The position numbers and the translations under genes are program-made. Below the pieces are notes generated by a model. It searched no databases. It saw only the letters and a list, made by a program, of their open reading frames with translations, and had not been told where the DNA came from. A DNA stretch of 63,732 bases, filler included, from an uncultured Clostridia bacterium (GTDB lineage Bacteria; Aerophobota; Aerophobia; Aerophobales; B3-G15), in NCBI GenBank assembly GCA_964482715.1. It is 3 parts of 3 records of this genome, joined end to end, with 100 filler letters (N's around TTAATTAATTAA, not from the genome) between each part and the next. Parts side by side here need not be neighbours in the genome. Positions count along the whole stretch, not along the records: positions 1 to 25,672 come from CAYZYX010000027.1; 2 more parts are not named here. One strand, given 5' to 3'. Below are positions 1 to 12,043 of this stretch, in pieces (within the stretch, counting starts at the first letter, position 1; each line of letters starts with the position of its first letter).

Positions 1-81
1 AGTAAAGTTTAATAAAGATATCTTTACAGAAGATAAAAAATAATATACTATACAAAGTTGAATAAAAACGGGGAGGTAGAT

Positions 82-1425
82 ATGAAAATTTCAATTTTAA
101 TAATGGTCTCGATTTTTCTTTTCCTTTTTACCTCACACCACGTTTTTTCCCAAACCGAGATCACTTTTTGGACCACACAGGTGGACACACAGAGCATCAA
201 AATTCAAGAAAATTTAGCTGCTAAATTCCAGGCCAGGCACCCGAGCATCAACATACGAATCGTCCCCGTAGATCAATCTGAGCTACCAGAAAAAGTAAAT
301 CTGGCCAAACTAACCCAGGCCCTTCCTGATGTGATATTACACCCTTTGATCTATACCTTCGGATGGATAAAAGAGGGGATAATTGACCAGCAGGCAGCAA
401 CTGAAATTATTGAAAGTCTTGGAAAAGAGACATTTTACGCTACTACTTTAAACTTTGTAAGTGTTAACGGTGGTTATGCTGCTGTGCCTGTTGACGGATG
501 GGGAGAGTTTCTCATTTACAGAAAGGACTTACTGGGTGAGAAAGGAATAACCAGACCAGACGATTGGGAAAGTATAAAAAAAGTGGCTCAGATGACTCAC
601 AACCCTCCCCTTCTATGGGGGTTTGAGGTACCTACAGCCCCAGAAAGTATCCACACTCAACAGGTCCTGGAAAATTTTGCTCTTTCTAACAATGTCCATT
701 TAATCCATCCAGAGACCGGACAGGTTAATCTTAACACTCCACAATTCATAGCGACTCTTAGATTCTATAAAAATCTTTCCAGATTCACTCCTTCAGGAAA
801 CGTAGACTGGATACACACAAAAATTGATTATCTTGCCGGAAGATGTGTCATGATGGTGGGTCCATCAACTATTTTAGGCGAACTTGTCGGGCTTAAGATC
901 GAAAATCCTGTTTTAGTAAAAGAGCTTCACCAAAAGACCGGTTTTATCGGTATAATAAAAGGTCCGGAGGGCAAAGCTCAATATGGCAGGATAAATTGCC
1001 TGAGTATAACCTCGTCAGACAAGGTAGAGGAAGCTAAGAACTGGGTAAAATATCTTCTTGATGATGGATATTTATCCTGGCTTGGTATGATGGCGGAGGG
1101 TAGGTTTCCCGCAAGGAGAGGCACCAGAGAAAAACCTGAAAAGTTCATTGAAGATTGGAGAAATTTAAATTTCAGCGGGACGGAATCTGCAATATCTGAG
1201 TATTATCAAACCCCTGTTTTGAATTCAATCCTTTCCACAGTGGGAAACTTTCACCGCTGGGGATTAAAGTCAGACAAAGGAGAACTTATAATGCGTATGT
1301 ATCAGTTGAGAATAATTCCTCAAGTATTGAAACGATATCTGGATGGAGACATATTCACAGCTGAAAAAACGGCTTCGCTAATAAATGACCTTGTTCGAGA
1401 AATAGAGAATATAGTTAACAGATAA
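82..1425 (+). CDS. ABC transporter carbohydrate-type substrate-binding protein
   Basis: Signal peptide (MKISILIMVSIFLFLFTSHHVFSQ), 'EITFWT', 'LPDVI', 'YAAVPVDGWGEFLIYRKDLL' and 'PDDWE' are typical of SBP family 1. ATG at 82 follows GGGAGG; the ORF-track TTG at 58 is less likely. Confidence 0.85.
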   Translation: MKISILIMVSIFLFLFTSHHVFSQTEITFWTTQVDTQSIKIQENLAAKFQARHPSINIRIVPVDQSELPEKVNLAKLTQALPDVILHPLIYTFGWIKEGIIDQQAATEIIESLGKETFYATTLNFVSVNGGYAAVPVDGWGEFLIYRKDLLGEKGITRPDDWESIKKVAQMTHNPPLLWGFEVPTAPESIHTQQVLENFALSNNVHLIHPETGQVNLNTPQFIATLRFYKNLSRFTPSGNVDWIHTKIDYLAGRCVMMVGPSTILGELVGLKIENPVLVKELHQKTGFIGIIKGPEGKAQYGRINCLSITSSDKVEEAKNWVKYLLDDGYLSWLGMMAEGRFPARRGTREKPEKFIEDWRNLNFSGTESAISEYYQTPVLNSILSTVGNFHRWGLKSDKGELIMRMYQLRIIPQVLKRYLDGDIFTAEKTASLINDLVREIENIVNR

Positions 1426-1457
1426 AAATTAAAAGCAAAGGAGGGAGGGATAAGTCA

Positions 1458-1658
1458 ATGAGTGAATGCACGAATCTAAACGAAAACATTAAAAACTGTA
1501 CCTGTAGTTATGAGCCGTGTTCCAGAAAGGGGAAATGTTGTGAATGTTTAAGGTATCACTGGAGTATGGGAGAACTACCGGGTTGCCTTTTTCCTCCTGA
1601 GGTGGAAAGGACTTACGATCGCTCTCTACAAAGGTTCATAGAGGTTTACAAAAAATAA
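1458..1658 (+). CDS. Small Cys-rich protein (DUF6485-like)
   Basis: Strong SD (GGAGGGAGG). C-x-C-x4-C-x5-CC-x-C...ELPGCLFP...TYDRS pattern. Confidence 0.75.
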   Translation: MSECTNLNENIKNCTCSYEPCSRKGKCCECLRYHWSMGELPGCLFPPEVERTYDRSLQRFIEVYKK

Positions 1659-1660
1659 CC

Positions 1661-1685
1661 AGGTGGGGGTTGCCTCCCCCCACTT
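1661..1685. terminator. GC-rich hairpin between convergent genes (possible bidirectional terminator)
   Basis: AGGTGGGGG-ttgcctc-CCCCCACTT inverted repeat between the stops at 1658 and 1687. No long U tract. Confidence 0.5.
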
Positions 1686-1686
1686 C

Positions 1687-2622
1687 TCAACAATTCTCTT
1701 TTTTTAACCTGCCCAAAAGAGCATTAACTGATTGGAAACCCTCCACACCAAATACTTCAACTTTCTTTTCTATTCTCTTAACCAATCCCTGAAGAACCTT
1801 TCCGGGACCCACCTCGATAAAAGTATTGTATCTTTTACCAATTAAAACTCTCATACTCTTTTCCCACAGAACAGGGTGATCCATATGTAATTTAAGGTTG
1901 TTCTTTACATCTTCTCCAGATAAGGAAAATTCACCCGTTGCATTACTTACAACTCTGTAAATCGGATCTCCAAAATTAAATTGATCAAGAAAAAGTGAAA
2001 ATTTTTCTGCTGCAGTTTTCATAAGGAAAGAATGAAAAGCACCCGATACAGGAAGCGAGACTACTTTTCGGGCTCCACTTTTCTTAAGTTCATTAATGAC
2101 CAGGGGTATCTTTTCCTGGATACCGGAGATAACAATTTGACCAGGACAATTAAAGTTAACCGCTTGCACCTGGCCAATTTGTTCGCATATCCTGAGCACC
2201 CTGTTTTCCTCAAGTCCTATTACAGCAACCATACCTCCCTTTTTTTCTTTCCCCGCTTCTTCCATTAGCTCTGCTCTCTTTGTAACTATTTTCAAAGCAG
2301 TAGAAAAATCAACAACCCTGGCTGCCAGAATTGCACTGTACTCACCAAGACTGTGACCAGCAACAGCCAGAGGTAAAATCCCCTTCTCTTCCAGAAGTTT
2401 AGTTAAAATCCAGCTTACAGTAAGAAGAGCAGGCTGCAGGTTTTTAGTCCGGGTAAGCTCTTCTTCCGGTCCTTTTAGACAGAGCTTTTTTAAATCAAAA
2501 CCCAATATCCTGGAGGCTTCTCTAAAAATGTCATTTGCCGGTGGATAGTTTCTGATTAAATCCTCTCCCATTCCAACTTTTTGTGAACCCTGTCCAGGGT
2601 AAAGAAAAACAATCTTCCTCAT
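1687..2622 (-). CDS. fabD: Malonyl-CoA:ACP transacylase
   Basis: PGQGSQ, GHSLGEY catalytic Ser, [14 protein letters not shown]. Confidence 0.97.
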   Translation of the reverse strand: MRKIVFLYPGQGSQKVGMGEDLIRNYPPANDIFREASRILGFDLKKLCLKGPEEELTRTKNLQPALLTVSWILTKLLEEKGILPLAVAGHSLGEYSAILAARVVDFSTALKIVTKRAELMEEAGKEKKGGMVAVIGLEENRVLRICEQIGQVQAVNFNCPGQIVISGIQEKIPLVINELKKSGARKVVSLPVSGAFHSFLMKTAAEKFSLFLDQFNFGDPIYRVVSNATGEFSLSGEDVKNNLKLHMDHPVLWEKSMRVLIGKRYNTFIEVGPGKVLQGLVKRIEKKVEVFGVEGFQSVNALLGRLKKENC

Positions 2623-5030
2623 GTCACTGCCCTAACTTCATCATCTTCATCCAGTTTAATAATCCGTGTTCCAAGAGCACATCTTCCGGTTTTACGTATA
2701 TTTTTAGCCCACAGTCTTATAATCTTTCCTTTCTTGGTAATTATGATTACTTCATCATCTTCTTTAATTTTCTTGGTGGCTACAACTTCTCCTTTTCCTG
2801 CGTGCAGGTTTATGTTCTTAACTCCTTTCCCTCCCCTTCTTATCTTTCTATACTCAGCAAAAGGGGTTCTTTTTCCATAACCCTTGGTAGTTATGACAAA
2901 AAGATCGGCTTCTGGATCAACGATAGTTGCGTCTATTACTTCATCATCTTTGTTCAAGCTTATTCCTCTAACTCCCATAGAAGCTCTTCCAGTTTCCCTA
3001 ACATCATCTTCAGAAAAACGAATAGCCATTCCTTTTCGGGTTGAGAGGACAATTTCGTCCTCTCCCGAGCTGTTCAGGACCCTGATAAGTTCATCATTTT
3101 CTTTTAGGTTTACGGCTATTATCCCTCCTCTTTTTATCTGGAGATACCTGGACATAGAAGTTTTTTTTACCAGTCCCCTTTTTGTCACCATTAATAAGAA
3201 CCTGTTGGGAGTAAAATCATCCACTGGTATAACTTCAGTAATTTTCTCTCCCTCTCCAATGGGTAGAAAATTTACAATAGCCCTTCCTCGTTCACCCCTT
3301 TTTCTTTCCGGGATCTCGTATGCCTTGATAGAACGAACTTTTCCTGAATTAGTGAAAAAAAAGAGAGTAGAATGAGTATTGCACAAAACAAGATTATTTG
3401 CCAGATCTCCCTTCTGGAGTGTAATTCCACTCATACCTCTTCCTCCCCTCTTTTGTCTCCTGTAAGCTCTCAGGGGAGTGTATTTTATGTAACCATTGGA
3501 GGTAACAGTTACCACGATACCTTCTTTTTCAATAAGGTCTTCTGGTTTAAATTCTACTTCAGAAGTCTTTTCCTTTTCAATGAGTGTTCTACGAGGTTCC
3601 TGGTACTTTTCTTTAATTTTAAGCAGCTCTTCCTTAATTATATTCCAGACTCTGATATCACTGGCCAAGATGTCCTTAAATTCCCTTATTTTATTCAGGG
3701 AGTCGGTGTAGTCCTTTTCAACTTTTTCTCTCTCTAGAGCAGTCAACCTCTGTAATCTCATATTTAAAATGGCATTTGCCTGTTTTTCTGAAAGATCCAG
3801 AAGATCAATTAATTTTTTTCCTGCTTCCTGCGGGTTCGAAGCTCCTCTTATTATCTTGATTACCTCATCAATACTTCGCAATGCTTTTTTCAAACCTTCC
3901 AGAAGATGAGCTTTTTCCTCCTCTTTTTTCAGTAGATAACGGGTACGACGAACAACTACTTCTTGACGATGGTCAAGATAACACTTGATAGCTTTTTTTA
4001 AACTAAGCTGCTCGGGTTTACCATTCACAAGGGCAAGTAAAATTATACCAAAACTTATCTGAAGAGGGGTATTTTTGTAAAGTTGATTTAAAACAACCTC
4101 AGCAACAGCTGTTCTTGAAAGATCGATAACAACCCTTATACCCCTTTTGTCTGACTCATCCCTAATGCTTTTTATACCCCTTATCTTTTCTTCCTGTGCA
4201 AGATCAGCAATTCTTTCAATTAACTTGGTCTTGTTAACCTGGTAAGGGACCTCCTGAATGATTATCCTTTCTCTACCCTCTTTGCTCTCTATAACAGCTT
4301 TTCCCCGGAGTATTATTTTACCTTTTCCCTCTTGGTAAGCCTTCTTTAATCCTTCACTCTGTAGGATAATTCCTCCTGTGGGGAAATCAGGTCCCCTGAC
4401 AAATTTTAAAAGCTCAGAAGTGGTTATCTCTGGATTGTCTATCATGGCAAGACAGGCATCCACAAGTTCTGCCAGATTGTGAGGTGGAATATTGGTAGCC
4501 ATACCTACGGCAATACCTGATGCTCCATTTAAAAGAAGGTTGGGAAAACCTGCCGGCAAAACTACAGGCTCCTGGAGACTATTATCAAAATTTGGGATAA
4601 AATCAACGGTATCCTTATCCAGATCTTCCAAAAGCTCCTGACTTATAGGTGCAAGCCGAACTTCTGTATATCTCATGGCCGCTGGAGGATCACCATCAAT
4701 TGAACCAAAATTACCCTGACCATCTACCAGAGGATGCCGAAGGGAAAAATTCTGAGCCATCCTGACCAGAGCATCGTATACAGCAACATCTCCATGAGGA
4801 TGGTATTTTCCCAAAACCTCTCCCACCAGACGGGCTGACTTCCGATAAGGGCGTCCAGGTAAAAGACCCAGTCCATGCATGGCGTAAAGTATCCTTCTCT
4901 GGACAGGTTTTAGACCATCTCGCACATCAGGTAGAGCCCTACCCACAATTACGCTCATAGCGTAACTAAGGTAGGACTTTTTCATCTCTTCTTCCAAAAG
5001 TAGTAAATTTATTTTGCCTTCTACTGCCAC
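2619..5030 (-). CDS. gyrA: DNA gyrase subunit A
   Basis: [29 protein letters not shown] catalytic Tyr, GyrA-box QKRGGRG, C-terminal pinwheel repeats. GTG start. Confidence 0.98.
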   Translation of the reverse strand: MAVEGKINLLLLEEEMKKSYLSYAMSVIVGRALPDVRDGLKPVQRRILYAMHGLGLLPGRPYRKSARLVGEVLGKYHPHGDVAVYDALVRMAQNFSLRHPLVDGQGNFGSIDGDPPAAMRYTEVRLAPISQELLEDLDKDTVDFIPNFDNSLQEPVVLPAGFPNLLLNGASGIAVGMATNIPPHNLAELVDACLAMIDNPEITTSELLKFVRGPDFPTGGIILQSEGLKKAYQEGKGKIILRGKAVIESKEGRERIIIQEVPYQVNKTKLIERIADLAQEEKIRGIKSIRDESDKRGIRVVIDLSRTAVAEVVLNQLYKNTPLQISFGIILLALVNGKPEQLSLKKAIKCYLDHRQEVVVRRTRYLLKKEEEKAHLLEGLKKALRSIDEVIKIIRGASNPQEAGKKLIDLLDLSEKQANAILNMRLQRLTALEREKVEKDYTDSLNKIREFKDILASDIRVWNIIKEELLKIKEKYQEPRRTLIEKEKTSEVEFKPEDLIEKEGIVVTVTSNGYIKYTPLRAYRRQKRGGRGMSGITLQKGDLANNLVLCNTHSTLFFFTNSGKVRSIKAYEIPERKRGERGRAIVNFLPIGEGEKITEVIPVDDFTPNRFLLMVTKRGLVKKTSMSRYLQIKRGGIIAVNLKENDELIRVLNSSGEDEIVLSTRKGMAIRFSEDDVRETGRASMGVRGISLNKDDEVIDATIVDPEADLFVITTKGYGKRTPFAEYRKIRRGGKGVKNINLHAGKGEVVATKKIKEDDEVIIITKKGKIIRLWAKNIRKTGRCALGTRIIKLDEDDEVRAVT

Positions 5031-5070
5031 TTTTTCACTCCCCGAGAGTGATTTTTATTTCTATGTCTTA

Positions 5071-6963
5071 TTATATATCCAGTTGTGTTACCTCACCTGC
5101 ATGTTCTTCAATAAACTTTCTTCTTGGCTCTACTTCTTCACCCATAAGAGTGGAAAAGAGTTCATCAGCCTCAACTGCATCATCAATAGAAACTCTGTAA
5201 AGAGTCCGTGTTTCAGGATTCATTGTAGCCTGCCAGAGTTGTTCTGGATTCATCTCTCCAAGACCTTTATACCTTTGAACCTCTATTTTTTCCCCTTTTA
5301 ACTGCTCTCTTAATCTGTTCAGTTCAGCATCACTATATAGAAAGTACTCCTTGTTTCTATTGGTAACTTTATACAGAGGTGGCTGAGCAATGTAAACATA
5401 ACCTTCTCTTATAAGATCCTGCATATAGCGGTAAAAAAAAGTTAAAAGGAGGGTTCTTATGTGGGCTCCATCAACATCAGCGTCGCTCATGAGAATAATT
5501 TTATTGTATTTTAGCCTGGAAATATCAAATTCCTCTCGAACTCCTGTTCCAATTGCGGCGATTATTGCTTTAACTTCCTCATTACTTAGAACCTTGATTA
5601 TATTGGATTTTTCTACGTTAATTATCTTACCTTTAATAGGAAGAATAGCCTGAAACCTCCTATCTCTTCCCTGCTTTGCCGAACCACCTGCTGAATCACC
5701 CTCAACTATGTAAAGTTCGTTTCTTTGAGGGTTATCCTCAGAACAGGCAGCCAGTTTTCCTGGAGGAGCTCCACCACCCAAGCTTTCCTTCTTCCGCGTT
5801 AGTTCTCTGGCTCTTTGGGCAGCCTGCCGGGCTCGAGCAGCTGAAACTACCTGCTGCAAGATAAGTTTGGCAACAGGAGGATTTTCCTCAAAGTAACGAG
5901 TTAATCCTTCATAAACAATGGAATCAACTATTCCTCTAATTTCGGTGTTACCCAGCCTTGTCTTTGTCTGTCCTTCAAATTGTGGATTGGGAAGTTTCAA
6001 ATTGATTATCGCTGTTAATCCTTCTCTAACATCTTCCCCCATAAAATTTAATTCCTTATTTTCTTGCTTTCTGGCATAATCATTTATAGCCCTGGTAAGA
6101 GCACTCTTGAAACCGGAAAGATGAGTTCCTCCCTCTTCGGTATTGATCCCGTTAACAAAGGCAAAAATATCTTGAATAAAACTCTGATTGTATTGAATCG
6201 CTACTTCCAGAAGGATATCACCTTTTTCCCCTTCAATGTAAATTGGTTCAGAAAAAAGAACCTCCCGGTTTTTGTTCAAATGTTTAACGAATTCTCTTAT
6301 TCCCCCTTCGTATTTAAAAACTTTCTTTTTCCCCGATCTTTTGTCTTCAACTTCAATACTGATTCCCTGATTGAGAAAGGCCAGTTCTCTTGCACGCCGG
6401 CATATTTTCTCATAATCAAAATTTATATTTTCAAAAATATCCGGATCAGGCGTGAAAGTAATCCTGGTTCCACTTTTATCTTTATCAGTTTCTCCTATGA
6501 CTTCTACGGGGCCAAGAGGTTGTCCCCTTTGATAAATCTGTCTCCAGATCTTTCCATCTCTAATTATAACAGCCTCCAGATAGGATGAAAGAGCATTTAC
6601 AACTGAGATACCTACTCCGTGTAATCCTCCTGAAACTCGGTAAATTTTAGTATCAAACTTCCCTCCGGCGTGTAGCATAGTCATTACCAGTTCCAGAGCC
6701 GACTTTCTGTATACGGGATGCTCATCTACCGGAATACCTCTACCATCATCAACGATGGTTACACTCCCATCAGGATTAATAGTAATTTTAATATTTTTAC
6801 AGTAACCAGCCAGAACTTCATCAATGGAGTTATCCAGTACTTCATTTATTAGATGATGAAGTCCACGAGGGCCAGTACTTCCTATATACATCCCGGGTCT
6901 TTTTCTAACCGCCTCAAGGTCCTTTAAGATTTTTATCTGTTCGGCTGTATATTGCTCACTCAT
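5071..6963 (-). CDS. gyrB: DNA gyrase subunit B
   Basis: [15 protein letters not shown] ATPase (DNSIDE, GRGIP, GGLHGVG), [29 protein letters not shown]. Confidence 0.98.
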   Translation of the reverse strand: MSEQYTAEQIKILKDLEAVRKRPGMYIGSTGPRGLHHLINEVLDNSIDEVLAGYCKNIKITINPDGSVTIVDDGRGIPVDEHPVYRKSALELVMTMLHAGGKFDTKIYRVSGGLHGVGISVVNALSSYLEAVIIRDGKIWRQIYQRGQPLGPVEVIGETDKDKSGTRITFTPDPDIFENINFDYEKICRRARELAFLNQGISIEVEDKRSGKKKVFKYEGGIREFVKHLNKNREVLFSEPIYIEGEKGDILLEVAIQYNQSFIQDIFAFVNGINTEEGGTHLSGFKSALTRAINDYARKQENKELNFMGEDVREGLTAIINLKLPNPQFEGQTKTRLGNTEIRGIVDSIVYEGLTRYFEENPPVAKLILQQVVSAARARQAAQRARELTRKKESLGGGAPPGKLAACSEDNPQRNELYIVEGDSAGGSAKQGRDRRFQAILPIKGKIINVEKSNIIKVLSNEEVKAIIAAIGTGVREEFDISRLKYNKIILMSDADVDGAHIRTLLLTFFYRYMQDLIREGYVYIAQPPLYKVTNRNKEYFLYSDAELNRLREQLKGEKIEVQRYKGLGEMNPEQLWQATMNPETRTLYRVSIDDAVEADELFSTLMGEEVEPRRKFIEEHAGEVTQLDI

Positions 6964-7931
6964 TTTTCTCTCCTGAACTTTCCCATCTCACGATATTTAT
7001 TTTTTCTTTCCATTAAAAGTCTCTCAATGGGAATCGATTTTAAATCTTCTATTTCTTTTAAAATTGTCTTCTTTATGTTGATAGCAGTTGTTTCAACGTC
7101 TCTATGAGCTCCACCACGAGGTTCAGGTATAATCCCATCTATAATCCCCAGTTTTAATAAATCCTGAGCGGTTAATTTTAATGCACTGGCTGCCTCCTCT
7201 ACTTTTTGCTGGTCTTTCCAGAGGATAGCAGCACACCCCTCAGGAGAAATAACTGAATATATAGCATTTTCCAGCATAAAAATTCTGTCTCCCACTCCGA
7301 TTCCCAGAGCTCCTCCACTTCCTCCTTCACCAATGATGATCGCTATTATAGGAACTTTAAGACGAGACATCTTCTCCAGATTAGCAGCAATAGCCTCGGC
7401 TTGTCCCCTCTCTTCGGCCTCTATTCCAGGATAAGCACCTGGCGTATCAATAAAACTCACGAGAGGTATAGAGAATCTCTCTGCAAGACTCATGACACGT
7501 GAAGCTTTACGATAACCCTCAGGGTGAGCCATCCCGAAATTTCGGAAAAGATTTTCTTTAACAGTTTCTCCTTTTTGATGTCCAATAATTACAAATCTCT
7601 GATTGTCTATCCGGGCAAGACCGGCAACTATAGCCTGGTCATCAGAGTAGAGTCTGTCACCATGCAATTCCAACCAATCGTCAAAAATCATATTTATCAG
7701 AGTTAAAGTTTTTGGCCTGGCTGGATGTCTCGCAAGTTGAACTCTCTGCCAGGGTGTAAGATTTAAAAAAGTTTCCTCTTCCAGCTCTTTCAAACGACTC
7801 TCCAACCGATGGATTTCATGACTTAGATCTATACCTTCACGATGAGCTATACTTTTAAGCTCCTGAATTTTATTTTCTAATTCTATTATCGGTTTTTCAA
7901 AATTTAAGGTGTATCTTTCCCGTTGGTCCAT
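6960..7931 (-). CDS. accA: Acetyl-CoA carboxylase carboxyltransferase alpha subunit
   Basis: [44 protein letters not shown]. Confidence 0.97.
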   Translation of the reverse strand: MDQRERYTLNFEKPIIELENKIQELKSIAHREGIDLSHEIHRLESRLKELEEETFLNLTPWQRVQLARHPARPKTLTLINMIFDDWLELHGDRLYSDDQAIVAGLARIDNQRFVIIGHQKGETVKENLFRNFGMAHPEGYRKASRVMSLAERFSIPLVSFIDTPGAYPGIEAEERGQAEAIAANLEKMSRLKVPIIAIIIGEGGSGGALGIGVGDRIFMLENAIYSVISPEGCAAILWKDQQKVEEAASALKLTAQDLLKLGIIDGIIPEPRGGAHRDVETTAINIKKTILKEIEDLKSIPIERLLMERKNKYREMGKFRREK

Positions 7932-7934
7932 TCT

Positions 7935-8756
7935 TCAAAACTCTCCTGCATAGATAATCTGAAAAATGCGGTTACCCGCTTCTGTATATCTATGAGATAA
8001 ATCCTTAAAATCAAGCTCCATGATAAGCTGGGGAGTGTATTTAATCTCAAATCCAATATTTAACTCTCCTCCAGCTTTTCGCATGACACCTTCCAGATCC
8101 CCGGGGTCCTCAACTACATCTTCCCATTTTACCTCCTCGTGAAATCCATTGTTGTATTCAATTTTCACATTCAGTTTTGATGTAGCATCAAACTCCACCG
8201 CTAAGAAAAATGAAACATCCGCTTTCCCTGGATCATCCTCGAGTGAAGTATTTAATCCCCCATGAAAACTTAAGTGTAAATTCTCCAGATTTTTGCTGGC
8301 CACAAGGTAAAAACCTTTTGAATTTATCTGATAAAAACTCCTTTTCATCGTCTTTAACTTTCCCTGAATTTCAACCTCTTCTCCTTCCTGATAACATTCT
8401 CCAAAACCCTGTCCGTCGTACCCTATAGCAAGTGCAAAAGGCAGATTCTTACCCTCCTCACCCAGCTGATATTTCAGGGAAAAAGTGGGTTCCGGATTAC
8501 CTTTTATATTTTCACTTCCAATTATCCCGGTACCACCGTAGGAAGCACCCACAGTTAATTTTTCGCTTAGACCGGCCGCACCTTGAATTAATAGACCCCC
8601 ACGATGGTAAAAACGAAAATTTAGAAAATAGTGATTCCTCGCCAGAGTCACGGCTGTTGGAGTATCAATTATAGAAACCGTACCCTGAGCCATTACAGGA
8701 AAAGAGATAACTAAAATTAACACCAGCATAAAAATAAAACATCTGATAAAATTCAT
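7935..8756 (-). CDS. Exported protein, probable outer-membrane beta-barrel (YjbH-like)
   Basis: Signal peptide, 'IIDTPTA.TL' N-terminus, alternating amphipathic strands, terminal Phe (YAGEF). Confidence 0.55.
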   Translation of the reverse strand: MNFIRCFIFMLVLILVISFPVMAQGTVSIIDTPTAVTLARNHYFLNFRFYHRGGLLIQGAAGLSEKLTVGASYGGTGIIGSENIKGNPEPTFSLKYQLGEEGKNLPFALAIGYDGQGFGECYQEGEEVEIQGKLKTMKRSFYQINSKGFYLVASKNLENLHLSFHGGLNTSLEDDPGKADVSFFLAVEFDATSKLNVKIEYNNGFHEEVKWEDVVEDPGDLEGVMRKAGGELNIGFEIKYTPQLIMELDFKDLSHRYTEAGNRIFQIIYAGEF

Positions 8757-8766
8757 TCTTCCCTCC

Positions 8767-9840
8767 TCAATCCAATATTTCAGATATTAGAACAAACTGA
8801 AATTTTCGGGTATCACACTCTTTTACCAGACTGACTAAAGCAGTACCTACTCGAGGATCGGCATGTCCAAGCCCAAGAGCCTTTCCCCTTTTTAGTGCCA
8901 GGGAAAGAAGTTCATTAAACTGACCTTTTATGTAAGCCAGGTCTTTATAATTGTCCAGAAAAACAGATCTTGACGCAGTTTTTACCTGTAACTTTTTAGC
9001 TATTAAATAACCCACAGATTGTGATGTAGTTTTACTGTCAACAAAAAAGAGCTTTTTGTCTTTTAGAACCTCCAATATGGGACGCATTAGATCTTCTCTG
9101 GAAGTTATAAGAGATCCCATATGGTTGTTTAATCCTTCAGCATAAGGGACGGACTCAATAGCTTCTCTTAGAGTATTTTTGATTTGTTCTTTGGACATTT
9201 TTTTCAAAATTATCCATTTATAACGATTTTGGAAGATTTCCTGTGGTTCCATAGGCATATGAACTAAAATCTGCTTTCCAGCAAAATGAGCTCGGGAGGC
9301 AATTTCTCCCGCAAATGGAGTCCCGGGAATAATTGATACAGAAAAAGGTATATTAAGTTGATTAAAAAATAAATCCAGAAGCTTACCATCATCTGTATAT
9401 CCAAAATCATCGATAAGTAGCGCAATTTTTGCTTTTTTTAATAAAAACTGCAATCTATGTGTAAGTACCTCCTCTTTACCGATATCTGCGAGTATCTCGT
9501 AGGTATCTTTTTTATTTTCTTCCTTCCAGTAAAGGATGTCGCATCCTGCGAGAAAAAAATCTTTTCTTATCTTTTCTGAAAGGTCATCCAGAGAGATTTC
9601 TCTTGGTATTTCAGCCTTAATCTGGCCAACGAGGTGGGAAGGGAAAAAACCCTCCCTGACGTTCTTTCTCTCCAGAACTGAAAATCCATAATTTCTTAGT
9701 TTTTCTTCAACTATAGAATCTGTAAGGTAAAATGTCCGATCATAGTGAATCTGTTTATACTGATAAAAAACAGTCAAAGACAGTATAAAAATAATAACTC
9801 CCACTACCATAAGGAAAATTCTGATTATTTTTTTAATCAT
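8767..9840 (-). CDS. Divergent polysaccharide deacetylase (YibQ family) with N-terminal membrane anchor
   Basis: IALLIDDFGY, HMPMEP, GLNNHMGS, FVDSKT, VFLDN, GLGH. Confidence 0.9.
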   Translation of the reverse strand: MIKKIIRIFLMVVGVIIFILSLTVFYQYKQIHYDRTFYLTDSIVEEKLRNYGFSVLERKNVREGFFPSHLVGQIKAEIPREISLDDLSEKIRKDFFLAGCDILYWKEENKKDTYEILADIGKEEVLTHRLQFLLKKAKIALLIDDFGYTDDGKLLDLFFNQLNIPFSVSIIPGTPFAGEIASRAHFAGKQILVHMPMEPQEIFQNRYKWIILKKMSKEQIKNTLREAIESVPYAEGLNNHMGSLITSREDLMRPILEVLKDKKLFFVDSKTTSQSVGYLIAKKLQVKTASRSVFLDNYKDLAYIKGQFNELLSLALKRGKALGLGHADPRVGTALVSLVKECDTRKFQFVLISEILD

Positions 9841-11228
9841 TACCTAACTTGAGTTGAAGTTTCATTCAGGGATAGAATTTGCTTTTTAAGAATTTGGAGA
9901 GACTTTAGTAGTGCCATAGCCTGAGTTACTTGATTGTCGTTATAAATATCATTTTCCTCAATACCATCTTCTTCGCGAAGGACACGTTCCAGAAGTTCTT
10001 CTTTTACCTCTAACCCATCCTCTTTTAGTGCTTGAATTAGTTTATCTAAATCTTGATTTTCCCACTCTGGATTTTTCTGGAGGAAATTTTTTACTATTTC
10101 TGAATTTTTCAGCTTATCAATAAGCTCCTTTTCTTTAGATGTGGGAATAAAAGGCTCAATCCTCATATCAGGTTTAATACCTTCACCTTCTATACACACT
10201 CCTGAAGGGGTGTAATACTTTGCTGTGGTGAGGGTAACCGCACTTCCATCTTCTAAGGGGATTACCGACTGAACTGTTCCTTTGCCAAAGCTTGTAGTTC
10301 CCAGAATAATTCCCCTCTGATGGTCTTTTATAGCTCCCGCTACTATCTCGGATGCACTTGCACTACCCCGATTTATAAGAACAACCAGGGGAACTCCCAG
10401 GCCTTCACCTCCTGGATGAGCTGAATAAACCTCATTTTGAGCAGGATTTCTGCCTCTCGTGGAGACGATTACACCTGAAGAGAGAAATTCGTCAGCTACC
10501 TTTACTGCCTCCGAGAGAAGTCCTCCTGGGTTATTTCTCAGATCTAAAATCAAAGCCTCCACACCTTCCTGTTTAAGGAAAATCAGAGCCTCTCTCAGGT
10601 TTCTGGAGGTTTCCTCATTGGTAAACCCTATAATCTTTATATAACCTATTTTACCTTTCAAAATCCTGTATTTGACATTGGGCAGTTTAATAAGAGCCCG
10701 TGTGAGTGTAAATTCCAGAGGTTCTTCAATTCCCTCTCGAATAATTGTGATAGTGACCGGGGTTCCAACCTCTCCTCTCAATTTAGATACTGCCTCGTCC
10801 AGTGACATATTTTTGGTACTCTCTCCATTTATTTTTATAATTTTATCTCCTGCTTGAAGACCGGCCTTACTTGCTGGTGTATCATCAAGAGGAGCAACAA
10901 TTACAAGGGAATGATCTTTGATGCCTACGGTCATTCCTAATCCTCCAAATTCACCTTTTCTTTCCACATTTATTTCCTCGTACTCCTCAACACTCAGCCA
11001 CCTCGAACGAGGGTCATTCAAAGACTCCACCATTCCTCTGATAGCTCCCTCAATGAGCTTTGAAGTTTCCACTTTCTCTATATATTCGTTCTTAACAATT
11101 TGGTAAACCCGAATGATTAACTTGAGTTCGGAGAAGAAGTCATTTTCAGCCTGCACCTGGGTAAAGAAAATAGCTATTGTTATCAGGCAGATTACCAAAA
11201 TAGCAATGGCTAAACTTCTCTTTCTCAT
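9840..11228 (-). CDS. ctpA: Carboxy-terminal processing protease (S41, PDZ)
   Basis: GEFGGLG PDZ loop, LDLRNNPGG, SASASEIVAGA, FGKGTVQ. Confidence 0.93.
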   Translation of the reverse strand: MRKRSLAIAILVICLITIAIFFTQVQAENDFFSELKLIIRVYQIVKNEYIEKVETSKLIEGAIRGMVESLNDPRSRWLSVEEYEEINVERKGEFGGLGMTVGIKDHSLVIVAPLDDTPASKAGLQAGDKIIKINGESTKNMSLDEAVSKLRGEVGTPVTITIIREGIEEPLEFTLTRALIKLPNVKYRILKGKIGYIKIIGFTNEETSRNLREALIFLKQEGVEALILDLRNNPGGLLSEAVKVADEFLSSGVIVSTRGRNPAQNEVYSAHPGGEGLGVPLVVLINRGSASASEIVAGAIKDHQRGIILGTTSFGKGTVQSVIPLEDGSAVTLTTAKYYTPSGVCIEGEGIKPDMRIEPFIPTSKEKELIDKLKNSEIVKNFLQKNPEWENQDLDKLIQALKEDGLEVKEELLERVLREEDGIEENDIYNDNQVTQAMALLKSLQILKKQILSLNETSTQVR

Positions 11229-11878
11229 TAAAAAAATCGCTCCTTTAAATTTTTATAGTTTTCCACCAGACATTTAGCCTCCATTTTATTCAACCCTGCT
11301 CCCAAAACAATTTTCTCTGCTTGAATATCAGTTATCAAATCTTCCGGACTGTGAGCATCGGTGTTTATCACTAACTTAGCTCCGTATTTTTTTGCCAGCC
11401 CCACAACCCATCCATTGGTCAAACAATGTCCTTTTCGTGCTGAAATTTCAAGGTAAATCCCTTTCCGGGCAGCTATTTCCACTTCTTCTTCTTTTATTAA
11501 GCCAGGATGAGCTAAAATATCAATATCTGCTTCCAGAGCTGCTTTGTTCGTCCCAGCAGGCACTGGTTCAACTATTGTCTCTCCGTGAACCACAATAAGT
11601 TTTGCTCCTTTTTTGCGAGCTTGATGGGCAAGAGGCTTAATGAGAGAAGGAGGAAGATGGGTAAGTTCCACCCCTGGGATTACCTTTATTGAATCCTCCA
11701 CAGAATTTATCTCCTCGCAAAATTTTACCACTTTCGGTACTATCCAATCCAGAGTGGTAGAATCCACATGGTCAGTAATTCCCAGCAGGCTGTAACCCTT
11801 TTCTTTTGCCCGTTGAACCAGTTCAGCCGGACACAAAACCCCGTCACTCAGAAAGGTGTGAGTATGAAGATCTATCAC
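11228..11878 (-). CDS. PHP-domain phosphoesterase (histidinol-phosphatase-like)
   Basis: DLHTHT..SDG, ITDH, HGE, LAHPG, NTDAH metal ligands. Confidence 0.88.
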   Translation of the reverse strand: MIDLHTHTFLSDGVLCPAELVQRAKEKGYSLLGITDHVDSTTLDWIVPKVVKFCEEINSVEDSIKVIPGVELTHLPPSLIKPLAHQARKKGAKLIVVHGETIVEPVPAGTNKAALEADIDILAHPGLIKEEEVEIAARKGIYLEISARKGHCLTNGWVVGLAKKYGAKLVINTDAHSPEDLITDIQAEKIVLGAGLNKMEAKCLVENYKNLKERFF

Positions 11879-12043
11879 CTCAAAAATTCCCTTTATCTTT
11901 AATTAGAGAGTATTTTAGCAAAATTTTCAGCTTTTGTAAAGTCAAAATTGCTATTCTGATTTTAAAAAATTATCCCAATTCCAGATACAGCTTACGTCGG
12001 GAGTGAATTTGTAGATACGGAAAAGAAATCTTTAAAAAATAGC

